Shown: positions 24,214 through 34,986, counted from the first letter of the stretch. The stretch: DNA of 64,000 nt from an uncultured Flavobacteriaceae bacterium (GCA_963836505.1 CAWIJU010000001.1:85387-149386); one strand, 5' to 3'. Program-made: numbers and translations. Notes: generated by a model from the sequence alone, not told the origin.

Positions 24214-26163
24214 ATGGAAAAAGCGTATCAATTATCTGATTGGTTGCCAACTACAAGGAAAGAGATGCAAATTCGTGGTTGGGAAAATGTAGATGTTATC
24301 ATTATCAGTGGTGATGCGTACATCGATCATCCTGCCTTTGGCAGTGGCGTGTTGGGCAGAATTTTGGAATCTTACGGATTAACCGTTGCTGTAATTCCTC
24401 AGCCCAATGTAAATGATCATCTGCAGGATTTTACTAAATTGGGTGCACCTAATATGTTTTTTGCGGTAACGTCAGGCGCTATGGATTCTATGGTGAGTAA
24501 TTACACGGCCAGCAAGAGAAAGCGCGATAAAGATGCTTATACACCGAATGGAGATATTGGTTTTAGACCAGATTACGCAGTTACGGTTTATACAAAGATT
24601 CTGAAAGAAAAGTTTCCTGATGTACCTGTGTTGATAGGGGGGATTGAAGCTTCCTTGCGCAGGGTAACTCATTACGATTATTGGAGTGATGCTTTAAAAC
24701 CCAATATACTGACTGAATCAGGAGCTGATCTACTCGTATATGGGATGGGAGAACAACCTCTGAAGGAATTGGTTAATCTATTGCAAAGAGGAGTTCCTTT
24801 TTCATCGCTCAAAACAATTAAACAAACTGCCTTTTTACAGGCTCAGCATGAAGATTTACCGAAAAACAAGAATTGGGAAGATGTAGAGATAGGTTCACAT
24901 GAAGATTGTTTAAAGGATAAATTGGTCTATGCTTCCAATTTTAAAGTTATTGAACAAGAGTCGAATAAGGTATTTGGTAGACGTATTCTTCAAAAGGTTA
25001 AAGGAGATGTTTTGGTGATCAACCCTCCTTTTCCGACCATGACAGAGGGAGAAATAGACCATTCCTACGATTTGCCTTATACACGATTGCCACATCCAAA
25101 ATACAATAAGCGAGGTCCAATTCCAGCCTATGAAATGATCAAATTTTCGATCAATATTCACAGAGGTTGCTTCGGAGGCTGTAGTTTTTGCACTATTTCG
25201 GCTCACCAAGGTAAATTTATTGCCAGCAGGAGTAAAGAATCAATCCTGTCTGAAGTAGATAAGGTAACGCAAATGCCGGGCTTTAAGGGCTATTTATCAG
25301 ATATTGGAGGACCCTCGGCGAATATGTACAAAATGAAGGGGAAAGTGCAGAGTATTTGTGATAAATGTGTGGCACCCTCCTGTATTTCTCCGGTAATTTG
25401 CCATAATTTAGATACTTCTCACCAGCCTTTAACAGATATTTATCAATCTGTGGATGCTCATCCTAAAGTTAAAAAATCTTTTATAGGTTCAGGAATCAGG
25501 TATGATATGTTGGTGCCAGAATTCAACAAGAATGCCGATCCTAAAGAATTAGATGCCTATACGGAAGAGGTTATTACCAATCATGTTTCCGGCAGATTAA
25601 AAGTTGCTCCGGAGCACACTTCGGATGCCGTTTTAAAAATAATGAGGAAACCATCCTTTACATATTTTCATAAGTTTAAAAAGAGATTTGATCAGATCAA
25701 TTTGAAGAAGAGATTAAATCTTCAACTGATTCCTTATTTTATTTCCAGTCACCCTGCCTGTGAATTGGAAGACATGGCCAATTTGGCTGCAGAAACTAAA
25801 GATATGGGTTTTCAACTTGAACAGGTGCAAGGATTTACACCCACACCTATGACAGTAGCTACTGTCATTTACTACAGCGGTTATCACCCGTATACCTTGA
25901 AAAAGGTTTATACTCCTAAGACGAGTCGTGATAAAAAGGAGCAGCACCAGTTCTTTTTCTGGTATAAAAAAGAGAATAGGGCTTGGATAAAAAACACCCT
26001 TCAGAAGGTGAATAGAACTGATCTCTTAGAGAAATTATTGCCTTCTGATGTCCTGAAGAAAGCCGAATTTAAATCTAAATCGAATCAAAAAAGAAAGACT
26101 AAGGAGGAGGAGGGCTATAAAAGTATTTTTAATCACAAAAGGCCTGTCAAGAAAAGAAGGTGA
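24214..26163 (+). CDS. ygiQ: YgiQ-family radical SAM protein (UPF0313), 649 aa
   Basis: N-terminal DVIIISGDAYIDHPAFG domain and a radical-SAM cluster motif HRGCFGGCSFC. The C-terminal tail is basic. Confidence 0.88.
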   Translation: MEKAYQLSDWLPTTRKEMQIRGWENVDVIIISGDAYIDHPAFGSGVLGRILESYGLTVAVIPQPNVNDHLQDFTKLGAPNMFFAVTSGAMDSMVSNYTASKRKRDKDAYTPNGDIGFRPDYAVTVYTKILKEKFPDVPVLIGGIEASLRRVTHYDYWSDALKPNILTESGADLLVYGMGEQPLKELVNLLQRGVPFSSLKTIKQTAFLQAQHEDLPKNKNWEDVEIGSHEDCLKDKLVYASNFKVIEQESNKVFGRRILQKVKGDVLVINPPFPTMTEGEIDHSYDLPYTRLPHPKYNKRGPIPAYEMIKFSINIHRGCFGGCSFCTISAHQGKFIASRSKESILSEVDKVTQMPGFKGYLSDIGGPSANMYKMKGKVQSICDKCVAPSCISPVICHNLDTSHQPLTDIYQSVDAHPKVKKSFIGSGIRYDMLVPEFNKNADPKELDAYTEEVITNHVSGRLKVAPEHTSDAVLKIMRKPSFTYFHKFKKRFDQINLKKRLNLQLIPYFISSHPACELEDMANLAAETKDMGFQLEQVQGFTPTPMTVATVIYYSGYHPYTLKKVYTPKTSRDKKEQHQFFFWYKKENRAWIKNTLQKVNRTDLLEKLLPSDVLKKAEFKSKSNQKRKTKEEEGYKSIFNHKRPVKKRR

Positions 26164-26189
26164 TTTTAATTTATTCGCACTTGAAATGC

Positions 26190-26197
26190 TAAATTTG
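26190..26197 (+). promoter_or_regulatory. Sigma-A -7 box (TAAATTTG) for the MscS-family gene
   Basis: Exact TAnnTTTG, 18 nt upstream of the ATG at 26216. Confidence 0.35.
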
Positions 26198-26215
26198 TCC
26201 TATTAAATTTTTGAT

Positions 26216-27886
26216 ATGAGAAAGTATCTGATTCTCTTTTTACTTACAACACTTATTGGTTATGCACAGCAACAAGTTCAGCCAAATTTGGAGAGTCCAA
26301 ATTCGGCTTTGTATACACATATGTATTTCTTGCAGCCGGACACATATGAACCTGAGAAAGCGGCCTTATTGATTCACGACAAACAAAAAAATGAAGCCAT
26401 TGATATTGCTATAAGGATAAAGAAAATTTACGATGGAAAGGGTATATTATTAAATTTCGCTAAAATTCCAACTGATCCGAATTTTACTGACACCATCAAG
26501 GATCCTTTAAGTGGATTTGTTAAAATTGAAAAAAAGTACTTTCCTGCGCCCAAGGAACTCCCACAAATCTATTTAGTCAAATATGGTAATAAATGGGGAT
26601 ATTCAGGTGAGTCTGTTGAAGCCATTGATGAATTGTATCATCAAATATTTAAATATGATTTTACTTATTTAGAGAGGAAGTTCCCGGAAATATTTTCTAA
26701 AACTTTTAAAGGCGTTGTGATTTGGAAGCCAATCATCTTACTGTTCATTATTGGAATAAGTATTGTCATTTATTATCTGCTCAGATTTTTACTGAATTTA
26801 TTGTTCAGAGCCATTAACAGATTGATCATCAAGAGCAATAAGGATGCAGGTCCGATTGATGAAATTAGAAAAGTAACAAGGCCCCTTATATTTATTATTA
26901 TCGTTGAATATTTAAAAAGAATTCTCCCTTCTTTACAGTTATTAAAATTGAATACGGGATTGTTTTTAATGCTCAATATTGCTGAAACTGTATTTTGGGT
27001 ATTCTTTGCAATCAATTTATTGCGTTTTATCATTGCTTATTACAACTATTTAAATATTAGGCCAGATACGAGATTACAAGAACAATTATCTCCTATTATC
27101 ATTAAGGTACTCAACAGTTTTATTATTTTACTCGGTTTTCTTCATTTATTGACCTTGTTTGGTGTAGATCCTACAACCGTTCTGGCCGGTGCATCTATTG
27201 GGGGTATTGCCGTGGCTTTTGCCGCCCAGGACTCCGTAAAGAACTTAATAGGAACTTTTGTTATTTTTTTGGATAAACCTTTCCATATTGGAGATTGGGT
27301 AGAAATTGGCTCTGTGATTGGGACTGTAGAAAAAGTTGGTTTGCGCTCTACAATTGTCAGGGCAGCCGATACTTCGGTTTTTCAAATCCCCAATAGCAAG
27401 GTAGCTGAGCTTGAGATCAATAATAAAGGTTTGAGAATTTTTAGAAGATACCAAACCGAGTTGGGAATAAGGTATGACACACCACCTGAACTGGTGCAGG
27501 GATTTGTTCATGGCGTCCGAGAAATCGTCAAGGCGCATCCTGATACCAGAGATGAATCTTACAATGTTGAATTTACTGGTTTTGGAGACTCAGCACTTTT
27601 GATTTTGGTCAACGTTTATTTTAAAGATTTGGACTGGGGTGTAGAACAGTCATCTAAACACAGGTTACATATGGCGATTGTGAAATTAGCTAAGGCACTT
27701 GGTGTTGAATTTGCGTTCCCGTCTTCAACCTTAATTATTGAACAGTTTCCGGAGAAAAAGGGGGCAGATATGAAATACATCACAGATCAAAAAGCAATTG
27801 AATCGGCCATTGAAGATTCGTTAAATGAGTTCAAGAATTCGATTAAATTAGAAGACGGTTCAATGAAAAGTGATACACAAGGTTAA
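26216..27886 (+). CDS. Mechanosensitive ion channel (MscS family) with a large N-terminal extension, 556 aa
   Basis: Several TM helices followed by the MscS core (GGIAVAFAAQDSVKNLIGTFVIFLDKPFHIGDWVEIG...GTVEKVGLRST). Confidence 0.88.
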   Translation: MRKYLILFLLTTLIGYAQQQVQPNLESPNSALYTHMYFLQPDTYEPEKAALLIHDKQKNEAIDIAIRIKKIYDGKGILLNFAKIPTDPNFTDTIKDPLSGFVKIEKKYFPAPKELPQIYLVKYGNKWGYSGESVEAIDELYHQIFKYDFTYLERKFPEIFSKTFKGVVIWKPIILLFIIGISIVIYYLLRFLLNLLFRAINRLIIKSNKDAGPIDEIRKVTRPLIFIIIVEYLKRILPSLQLLKLNTGLFLMLNIAETVFWVFFAINLLRFIIAYYNYLNIRPDTRLQEQLSPIIIKVLNSFIILLGFLHLLTLFGVDPTTVLAGASIGGIAVAFAAQDSVKNLIGTFVIFLDKPFHIGDWVEIGSVIGTVEKVGLRSTIVRAADTSVFQIPNSKVAELEINNKGLRIFRRYQTELGIRYDTPPELVQGFVHGVREIVKAHPDTRDESYNVEFTGFGDSALLILVNVYFKDLDWGVEQSSKHRLHMAIVKLAKALGVEFAFPSSTLIIEQFPEKKGADMKYITDQKAIESAIEDSLNEFKNSIKLEDGSMKSDTQG

Positions 27887-27887
27887 T

Positions 27888-28583
27888 TCACTTATATTTT
27901 TCGATATAGGCGTTAATTTCGTTGTAAAAACTTATAGAAGCCCAATATTCACTGAGCTGAAAATAATCTATGGGCAATTTAGGCTCTCGTTTTTCTAGTG
28001 AACCATTGGCAAAGGATCTGTTAAGGATATCCTCAATAATAAAGTCTAATGCGTCAATATCGGGTTCGTATGCTGATTTTAAATTAAGTTTAAAGAATTT
28101 GGCTGAAGAATTATACCAGAATGCTTTCCAATCACTGCGGTAATCTTTGATCAAAGAATAAAAGGTTTCTCCGGTTTGTCGATGAATCAGTTTAATTAAA
28201 ATTCTACCTTCAGTTCTGGTCAGAGATTTCAATTCATCTGCAAATTCATTTTCAAAGAATTCCTGTTTTTTTCTGATGAATTTTTTTCGCTTTCGGTTAT
28301 TGGGTAATTTGCTAATCTCTGTGTTGAGCTCTTCTATTTTGTCTGAAGCCAGGACGGCATAAGGATAGGCTTTCTGTACTTTTTTATAATACCAGTAGTA
28401 GTATTTTTTCTCCTTTGTATCGTTAAATTTCCTGTTTTTTAATACGACCACCTCATCCAGATCAATTGTGACCGAATCATTTTCAACACGGTATAGATCC
28501 TGTGGTAAAATTACCCTGAATGGTTCCTGAGAAAACAGAACTATAGGAAATAAGATAAAAATGATGTGTACAATTTTTTTCAT
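27888..28583 (-). CDS. DUF4294-like secreted protein
   Basis: Signal peptide MKKIVHIIFILFPIVLFSQ. The sequence style matches DUF4294 as I remember it. The track start is trimmed to the ATG at 28583. Confidence 0.55.
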   Translation of the reverse strand: MKKIVHIIFILFPIVLFSQEPFRVILPQDLYRVENDSVTIDLDEVVVLKNRKFNDTKEKKYYYWYYKKVQKAYPYAVLASDKIEELNTEISKLPNNRKRKKFIRKKQEFFENEFADELKSLTRTEGRILIKLIHRQTGETFYSLIKDYRSDWKAFWYNSSAKFFKLNLKSAYEPDIDALDFIIEDILNRSFANGSLEKREPKLPIDYFQLSEYWASISFYNEINAYIEKYK

Positions 28584-28607
28584 GAAAACAGCATATGTTT
28601 CGGCCGA

Positions 28608-28615
28608 CAAAATTA
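28608..28615 (-). promoter_or_regulatory. Sigma-A -7 box (TAATTTTG) for the DUF4294-like gene
   Basis: Exact TAnnTTTG on the minus strand, 24 nt upstream of the ATG at 28583. Confidence 0.35.
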
Positions 28616-28681
28616 CGAATATGAATAAGTATAACTACTAAAGTTATGTGAATATTCTTATTTTAGCTAAAAAAATAATAC

Positions 28682-29767
28682 ATGGCAAAATCAACTTTCT
28701 ATAAGAAAAAATCTATGGATTTTTTAGAGAAATATTTAAATAATGCGTCCCCTACAGGATATGAATCGGAAGGTCAAAAAATCTGGATGGAATATTTAAA
28801 ACCCTATGTTGATGAGTTTATAACAGATCATTACGGCAATTGTGTAGGTGTGATAAACCCCAAGGCTACCTATAAAGTAGTGATAGAAGGTCATGCTGAT
28901 GAAATTTCGTGGTATGTCAATTATATCACGGATGATGGATTGATCTATGTGATCCGGAACGGTGGGAGTGATCATATCATAGCCCCTTCAAAACGCGTGA
29001 ACATTCATACTAAAAAAGGGATTGTGAAAGGGGTTTTTGGTTGGCCTGCTATTCATACGCGTACCAAAGACAAAGAAGAGATGCCTAAGATCGATAATAT
29101 TTTTATTGATGTTGGTTGTCAGAAAAAAGAAGAAGTGGAAAAATTAGGGGTTCATGTTGGCTGTGTAATCACCTATCCGGATGAATTCATGATTTTGAAT
29201 GAGAATAATTTTGTATGCCGAGCGCTTGACAACAGAATGGGTGGATTTATGATTGCGGAAGTGGCCAGATTGCTGCATGAAAACAAAAAAAAGCTCGACT
29301 TTGGTTTGTATATTACCAATGCAGTTCAAGAAGAAATTGGCTTGAGAGGTGCCGAAATGATCACTGAAACCATTAAACCTAACTTGGCCATTGTAACAGA
29401 TGTCTGTCACGATACAACTACACCTATGATCGATAAGAAGAAGGAGGGTGAAATTAAATCGGGTAAGGGTCCTGTTATTTCTTATGCCCCCTCCGTTCAA
29501 AACAATGTCAGGGAATTAATTCTTTCAGTGGCGGAAAAGAATAAAATACCCTTTCAAAGGCTAGCAGCTTCTCGTTGGACAGGTACAGATACAGATGCCT
29601 TTGCCTATTCCAATGGAGGAGTTCCTTCAGCATTGATCTCATTACCATTGCGTTATATGCATACTACTGTTGAAATGGTGCATAAAGATGATGTGGAAAA
29701 TGTTATTAAGTTGATCTATGAGACTCTTTTAAAAATCGATGTCAAAAAAGGATTTAGTTATTTCTAA
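28682..29767 (+). CDS. M42-family metallopeptidase (glutamyl aminopeptidase / FrvX-like), 361 aa
   Basis: Family-typical segments EGHADEI, ALDNRMGG and QEEIGLRGA, plus a C-terminal LRYMHT motif. Confidence 0.88.
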   Translation: MAKSTFYKKKSMDFLEKYLNNASPTGYESEGQKIWMEYLKPYVDEFITDHYGNCVGVINPKATYKVVIEGHADEISWYVNYITDDGLIYVIRNGGSDHIIAPSKRVNIHTKKGIVKGVFGWPAIHTRTKDKEEMPKIDNIFIDVGCQKKEEVEKLGVHVGCVITYPDEFMILNENNFVCRALDNRMGGFMIAEVARLLHENKKKLDFGLYITNAVQEEIGLRGAEMITETIKPNLAIVTDVCHDTTTPMIDKKKEGEIKSGKGPVISYAPSVQNNVRELILSVAEKNKIPFQRLAASRWTGTDTDAFAYSNGGVPSALISLPLRYMHTTVEMVHKDDVENVIKLIYETLLKIDVKKGFSYF

Positions 29768-29793
29768 TCATCCTAACTCAAACAGCCAGATTT

Positions 29794-31404
29794 ATGCAAC
29801 TTTCATTCCGATATTTTTATTTACATATTGTTTTTTATTTTTTCAGCACACTTTTTTTAATGGCTCAGGAGAGCAGTCAATTAAGGTCTATCCTAGAAAA
29901 GGAAAATAGTACCATTGAGCTTTCAAATGGAATAAAATTAGTCTCTAAACGTGTCCTTCCTATTTTTTATAATGGCCAGGATTATCGCTTATTATGGACT
30001 GAAAAGGAAAATAGGGAAGTGTTATTAAGAAATATTAAAGCTGCGGATGAAGAAGGTTTAGTCCCGGAGGATTATCACCTCGATGAGATAGAATCTTTGT
30101 TGGGCATGAATTATAGAAATTTAGACGATCTAAAAAAAGCAGAACTCGATTTGGTTTTGTCAGATGCACTTATTCAACTAGGGGGGCATTTAAACTCGGG
30201 TAAAGTTGATCAGTCAGATCTCGATTATGAATGGGATGTCGAGAAGAACCCTATTCCCTACAGTGCCGATAGTTTGATTGCGGTTACCCTGCACAATAAG
30301 GACCTCGGTAAATTGTTCGAAAGTTTAAAACCTCAAACTTATTTGTACAATGAGCTAAAAGTGGCTCTAAAAGAGTACAAAAACATCGCATTAAAAGGAG
30401 GTTGGCCTGCTATGTCGGAAGGTGAAACCTTGAAAAAGGGTATGAGCGGGGAACGGGTATTAGAATTGAGGAAATACTTAAGAACCACAGGAGATCTTCC
30501 GGGCTCCCAAGCCGATTCTGATCTTTTTGACGAGGACCTGGAAGAAGTCATTAAAAAGTATCAAAAACGGTTTAGTTTGACTCAAGACGGTTTAGTGGGA
30601 AAGGATGTTATAGGAGAAATGAATGTACCGGTTGAAGATAGAATAGATCAAATTCGAGTTAATTTGGAAAGATCGCGCTGGGTACTTCACGACATCAACG
30701 ATGATTTTTTGGTAGTCAATGTAGCGGGTTTTTATATTCGCCGAATTACAAAGGGGAAAAGTGTTTTTTATTCTCGCGTAATAGTGGGTAAAAATCAGCA
30801 TAAATCCCCCGTTTTTAAGGATGAATTGGAATTTATTGATCTCAATCCCACATGGACAATACCCTATTCTATAGCGACAAATGAAACTTTGCCAAAAATG
30901 AAGTCTAACCCAAATTATTTGGCATCCCAAAATATTTGGATTTACGATAGATCCGGCAATAAAGTAAATCCGGAAAGTTTAGATCTCAGTCAGTACTCAA
31001 AAGGTAATTTCCCTTTTACTCTGGTTCAGCAGCCCGGTCCACATAACGCTTTAGGGGAAGTCAAATTTATGTTTCCTAACAAATACTCTATTTATTTGCA
31101 TGACACACCCTCCAGAAGTTTATTTGAAAGACAGGACAGGGCTTTTAGTCATGGATGTATTCGTTTAGAGGATAAATGGGGGTTATTTTTAAATTTATTA
31201 AGTGATACAGATTGGAATCAGGAAAAGATTGATGAAGTAATTGAATCGAGACAAACTACCAGAATAAAATTAGAAAAGCCCATAGACATTTATATCTTGT
31301 ATTGGACAGCTGCTGTTGATGAAAATAACCGGGTGGTTTTTGTTCGGGATGTCTATAAAAGGGATCCCGATGTTTTAAAAGCTTTGGATAAACCCTTAAA
31401 CTAG
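29794..31404 (+). CDS. L,D-transpeptidase (YkuD domain) with a peptidoglycan-binding domain, 536 aa
   Basis: PG-binding-like segment (VLELRKYLRTTGDL...YQKRFSLTQDGLVGKD) and the YkuD catalytic motif LHDTP...SHGCIRL. Confidence 0.9.
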   Translation: MQLSFRYFYLHIVFYFFSTLFLMAQESSQLRSILEKENSTIELSNGIKLVSKRVLPIFYNGQDYRLLWTEKENREVLLRNIKAADEEGLVPEDYHLDEIESLLGMNYRNLDDLKKAELDLVLSDALIQLGGHLNSGKVDQSDLDYEWDVEKNPIPYSADSLIAVTLHNKDLGKLFESLKPQTYLYNELKVALKEYKNIALKGGWPAMSEGETLKKGMSGERVLELRKYLRTTGDLPGSQADSDLFDEDLEEVIKKYQKRFSLTQDGLVGKDVIGEMNVPVEDRIDQIRVNLERSRWVLHDINDDFLVVNVAGFYIRRITKGKSVFYSRVIVGKNQHKSPVFKDELEFIDLNPTWTIPYSIATNETLPKMKSNPNYLASQNIWIYDRSGNKVNPESLDLSQYSKGNFPFTLVQQPGPHNALGEVKFMFPNKYSIYLHDTPSRSLFERQDRAFSHGCIRLEDKWGLFLNLLSDTDWNQEKIDEVIESRQTTRIKLEKPIDIYILYWTAAVDENNRVVFVRDVYKRDPDVLKALDKPLN

Positions 31405-31409
31405 ATGTC

Positions 31410-32300
31410 TTAGCTTAATTTGTTCGCATATAGGCCTCTTATTATTCCGTCTGATAATCCAAATTTTGGCACGTAAATTTTTTTAGCCCCGCTCCACTGC
31501 ATTGATTTTAAATAAATTTTGGCGGCGGGAACGATCACATCAGCACGGTCGGGATTGAGGTCTAATTTGCTGATTCTTTCCTCGTAGGTCATGGTATTTA
31601 AAAAATTGTAGTAATTTTCTAAATAGTTGATGTCCAGAAATTTTCCGGGAGGTTTGCCAGACATTTTGTAGAGCTTGTTGATATTACCACCCGAACCGAT
31701 AAGAGATAAGTTTTTGAGCGGAAAACTCTTCTCTCTGATCCATTCTTCTGCTTCAGTCCAAGTGTTTTTATCCACTTTTCCATCTAAAATACGTACAGTT
31801 CCTAAGGGGAATGACTTGGCATGAATCTTTTTACCTTTTGAGAAAAAGGTGAATTCGGTACTTCCACCTCCAACGTCTACATAAAGATAGGATCTATTGC
31901 TCTTCAAAAGAGTGTGTAATTCAGTATATGAAATAATTTCAGCCTCTTGTTCCCCATCTATGATTTCAATTTTAATCTGTGAATTTTCAAAAATCTTTTT
32001 AATGGCATTTTTGCCATTTGTTGCTTCTCGCATGGCTGAAGTTGCGCAAGCTTTAAATTTTTCTACACCGTAAACGCTCATGATCAGTCTAAAAGAATTC
32101 ATAGCATCAGACATTCTCTGAATGTTTTTTTCTGAAATTTTCCCTGTATTAAAAACATCCTCACCCAAACGTATAGGCACACGAATAAGGGCTGACTTTT
32201 TAAATTCGGTTTGGTTTTCGTCGAATTCAATAATGTTAGAAATGAGCAACCGGACACCATTCGATCCGATATCAATCGCTCCGTATTTTCTTATGAACAT
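31410..32300 (-). CDS. Ppx/GppA-family phosphatase (exopolyphosphatase-like), 296 aa
   Basis: ASKHA-fold N-terminus YGAIDIGSNGVRLLI and a second phosphate loop DVGGGSTEF. Confidence 0.85.
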   Translation of the reverse strand: MFIRKYGAIDIGSNGVRLLISNIIEFDENQTEFKKSALIRVPIRLGEDVFNTGKISEKNIQRMSDAMNSFRLIMSVYGVEKFKACATSAMREATNGKNAIKKIFENSQIKIEIIDGEQEAEIISYTELHTLLKSNRSYLYVDVGGGSTEFTFFSKGKKIHAKSFPLGTVRILDGKVDKNTWTEAEEWIREKSFPLKNLSLIGSGGNINKLYKMSGKPPGKFLDINYLENYYNFLNTMTYEERISKLDLNPDRADVIVPAAKIYLKSMQWSGAKKIYVPKFGLSDGIIRGLYANKLS

Positions 32301-32795
32301 TTAATTGGATTTATGAAATTTCGGAAACTCAGTGAGTATGGTCTTACCTTTTTTAATATTTTTCCAATGATCCGTTTTAAAGCTAATTCCAACCACTCCG
32401 CATGTGGGTACATGATCTAATTCTATATCTCCAAATTTATTGACAAAGTCGCTGATTCCGTGGTCATGACTAAAAATGATGGCCGAATTAAAACTGTCGT
32501 CTAAGGCTTTTACTGTTTTGATCAAATATCCATCGCTAAAATTATAGAGAGATTTATTGATTTTTAAATAGGCGAGGGGATAGTCGAAGGTGTAACTAAA
32601 AATCATTGCGGTGTGCAAAGCTCGGTTAGCGCAACTGGAGACAAAAACCGACGGGGTATCAATTTTTTTTCTCAAGGCCTCAGAAACGAGATAAGCATCA
32701 TTAATCCCCCGTTTTTTTAAAGGTCGATCAATATCTTTAATTCCTTCATATTCCCAGGAGGATTTTGCGTGACGCACAATATAAATTGTTTTCAT
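32301..32795 (-). CDS. Histidine phosphatase superfamily protein (SixA-like), 164 aa
   Basis: N-terminal RHAKS catalytic motif (IYIVRHAKSSW) and a downstream SHDHG segment. It abuts the ppx-like gene with a 0-nt gap. Confidence 0.8.
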   Translation of the reverse strand: MKTIYIVRHAKSSWEYEGIKDIDRPLKKRGINDAYLVSEALRKKIDTPSVFVSSCANRALHTAMIFSYTFDYPLAYLKINKSLYNFSDGYLIKTVKALDDSFNSAIIFSHDHGISDFVNKFGDIELDHVPTCGVVGISFKTDHWKNIKKGKTILTEFPKFHKSN

Positions 32796-32814
32796 TATAG
32801 CGTGTATAGTTTAT

Positions 32815-32822
32815 CAAATATA
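32815..32822 (-). promoter_or_regulatory. Sigma-A -7 box (TATATTTG) for the SixA-like / ppx-like pair
   Basis: Exact TAnnTTTG on the minus strand, 19 nt upstream of the ATG at 32795. Confidence 0.35.
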
Positions 32823-32849
32823 ATTTTTTTGCCTTTTTGAGAAAAGAAA

Positions 32850-32869
32850 AACCTGAATAAGTTCCGGTT
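32850..32869 (-). terminator. Possible terminator hairpin overlapping the pdxH stop
   Basis: The minus strand reads AACCGGAA-CTTA-TTCAGGTT (8-bp stem with one mismatch) followed by TTTCTTTTC. Confidence 0.3.
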
Positions 32870-33515
32870 AAGGTTCTAGTCTCTCTATTTTCCAATTATA
32901 ATCTTCCTGTAATTCAAATCTAATTCTGTCGTGCATGCGATTTGGCCTACCCTGCCAAAACTCAATCGACAGGGGTCGCACCAAAAACCCGCCCCAGTGA
33001 GGAGGTCTTGGAATGTCTTTGTTTTCAAATTTCTTTTCATAGAAAAGTAATTTTTTATCCAGCTCATCCCGCGAAGCAATCACTTTACTTTGATCGGATG
33101 CCCAAGCGCCTAATTTACTTCCGGTAGGACGTGATTCAAAATATCCGTCTGACAAATTAGGTGCAATTTTTTCTGCTTCTCCTTTGATAATGATCTGTCT
33201 TTCCAGACCTTCCCAAAAAAAAGACAAGCAGACCTTGGGGTTATTTTCTATGGCTTTTCCTTTTTCAGAGGTATAATTGGTATAAAATATAAAACCTTCC
33301 CAGGTATATCTTTTTAGCAGTACTACCCGTGTTTTCGGAAAACCGTCTAAACCAATCGTAGAAACATGCATGGCATTAGATTCCTGAATTCCATCGAATT
33401 CATCGGCTTCTATATACCATTTCTGAAAAAGTTCCATTGGATTATCTGAAATATTCTCTATCAGCAATGCATTTTTGTCATAGTTCATTCTGTAATGACT
33501 CAAGTCTTTTTCCAT
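32868..33515 (-). CDS. pdxH: Pyridoxamine 5'-phosphate oxidase, 215 aa
   Basis: Conserved N-terminal LSHYRMNY...NPMELFQKW, the FMN-binding core, and a C-terminal [14 protein letters not shown] motif. Confidence 0.95.
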   Translation of the reverse strand: MEKDLSHYRMNYDKNALLIENISDNPMELFQKWYIEADEFDGIQESNAMHVSTIGLDGFPKTRVVLLKRYTWEGFIFYTNYTSEKGKAIENNPKVCLSFFWEGLERQIIIKGEAEKIAPNLSDGYFESRPTGSKLGAWASDQSKVIASRDELDKKLLFYEKKFENKDIPRPPHWGGFLVRPLSIEFWQGRPNRMHDRIRFELQEDYNWKIERLEP

Positions 33516-34986
33516 CAGTGTAATGTTCTTTTTTTGGCTCAGTAATCAAAAATAAACTTAAAAAAGTAAAAAGTCCGTTGATAATTAAAATTTCATAACC
33601 GAATTGATAACCTTCTATAATGTCACTTATATGTTTATCGATATAGTAGGTAAAAATAATTGATAGGATGCAGATGATAGGAAGGAACTTTTCCTTGATC
33701 ATTTTATTTGTCAGTAAGCCGAATGCGAACAAACCCAATAATGGGCCATAGGTATAAGAGGCAACCGTTAACAAACTGTTGATGACATTGTCTTTTAGTA
33801 AGTATCTGTAACTTATAATGACTAATATAAGTACTAACGATAACATCAAATGAATGCGCTTTCTTCTTTTCTTAGAAACGGCTTCGTTCTTTTCGATATT
33901 CAAAATATCAATGCTATAAGAGGTAGTCAGAGAGGTTAAGGCGCTATCTGCGCTGGAATAGGCTGCTGCGATCAAACCAATAATGAAGAGAAAAGCGATG
34001 GGAAGCCCCAGGCTTCCGTTAAGCGCAATTTCAGGAAACAAAAGATCTGTTTTTAGATTACCATTGATTTGAGGGACGCCAATCCCCATTTTTTCTGCGT
34101 AGATAAAAAGTAAAGCACCGAGAAATAAAAAGAGGAAATTGATCAAAAGGAGTATGAAACCTAAAGAGATGACATTCCATTGTGCTTCTGTTACATTTTT
34201 GCACGTGAGGTTTTTTTGCATGTTATCCTGGTCTAAACCTGTCATGGCTATAGCGATGAACATTCCGCCTAAAACAGATTTTGTCCAATGTTTTTTATCG
34301 TGCCAATCGTCGGCAAAGATCATTTGACTGTATTGTTGATAAACCTCAGTTTTGATCAATTCAATAAAAGAAAATTCTAGTTTATTCAGCATAATGTAAA
34401 TAGATCCAAAAAGTGCTAAAAGCATAAAAACGGTTTGTACCACATCAGTATAAACGATGGTTTTAATACCGCTTTTAAATGTATAGAGCCAGATCAAAAG
34501 GACAGAAAAAATGACAGTCACTTCAAATGGAACTTTCCAGGCATCCAAAATAAAATACTGTAAGACAGATGCAACAAGGAAAAGTCTAAAAGATGCAATT
34601 AACATTCTGGAAACAAAAAAGAAAATAGCTCCTGTTTTTTGACTGATCAAGCCAAAGCGCTGCAAAAGATATTCATAAATGGAGGTAATATTTAACCTGT
34701 AATAAAGCGGAATCAAAACTGAGGCGATGATTAAATAACCCAGTAAATATCCAAAAACGATTTGCATATAACTGAACTGAGTGCTTTGCACCCATCCCGG
34801 CACTGAAATAAAAGTGACACCAGAGAGAGAAGCCCCAATCATACCAAAAGCAACCATATACCATTTCGACTTTTTGGAGGCCTTAAAAAACGCCATATTG
34901 CTATCGTCTTTACTCGTTAACCAGGATATGAAAACCATTAAAATGAAGTAGGCTAAAACGATTAAAATAAGCTGTATGGGACGCAT
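33478..34986 (-). CDS. Sodium:solute symporter (SSS) family transporter, 502 aa
   Basis: About 13 TM helices with SSS-style segments ([32 protein letters not shown]). Confidence 0.8.
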   Translation of the reverse strand: MRPIQLILIVLAYFILMVFISWLTSKDDSNMAFFKASKKSKWYMVAFGMIGASLSGVTFISVPGWVQSTQFSYMQIVFGYLLGYLIIASVLIPLYYRLNITSIYEYLLQRFGLISQKTGAIFFFVSRMLIASFRLFLVASVLQYFILDAWKVPFEVTVIFSVLLIWLYTFKSGIKTIVYTDVVQTVFMLLALFGSIYIMLNKLEFSFIELIKTEVYQQYSQMIFADDWHDKKHWTKSVLGGMFIAIAMTGLDQDNMQKNLTCKNVTEAQWNVISLGFILLLINFLFLFLGALLFIYAEKMGIGVPQINGNLKTDLLFPEIALNGSLGLPIAFLFIIGLIAAAYSSADSALTSLTTSYSIDILNIEKNEAVSKKRRKRIHLMLSLVLILVIISYRYLLKDNVINSLLTVASYTYGPLLGLFAFGLLTNKMIKEKFLPIICILSIIFTYYIDKHISDIIEGYQFGYEILIINGLFTFLSLFLITEPKKEHYTDGKRLESLQNEL

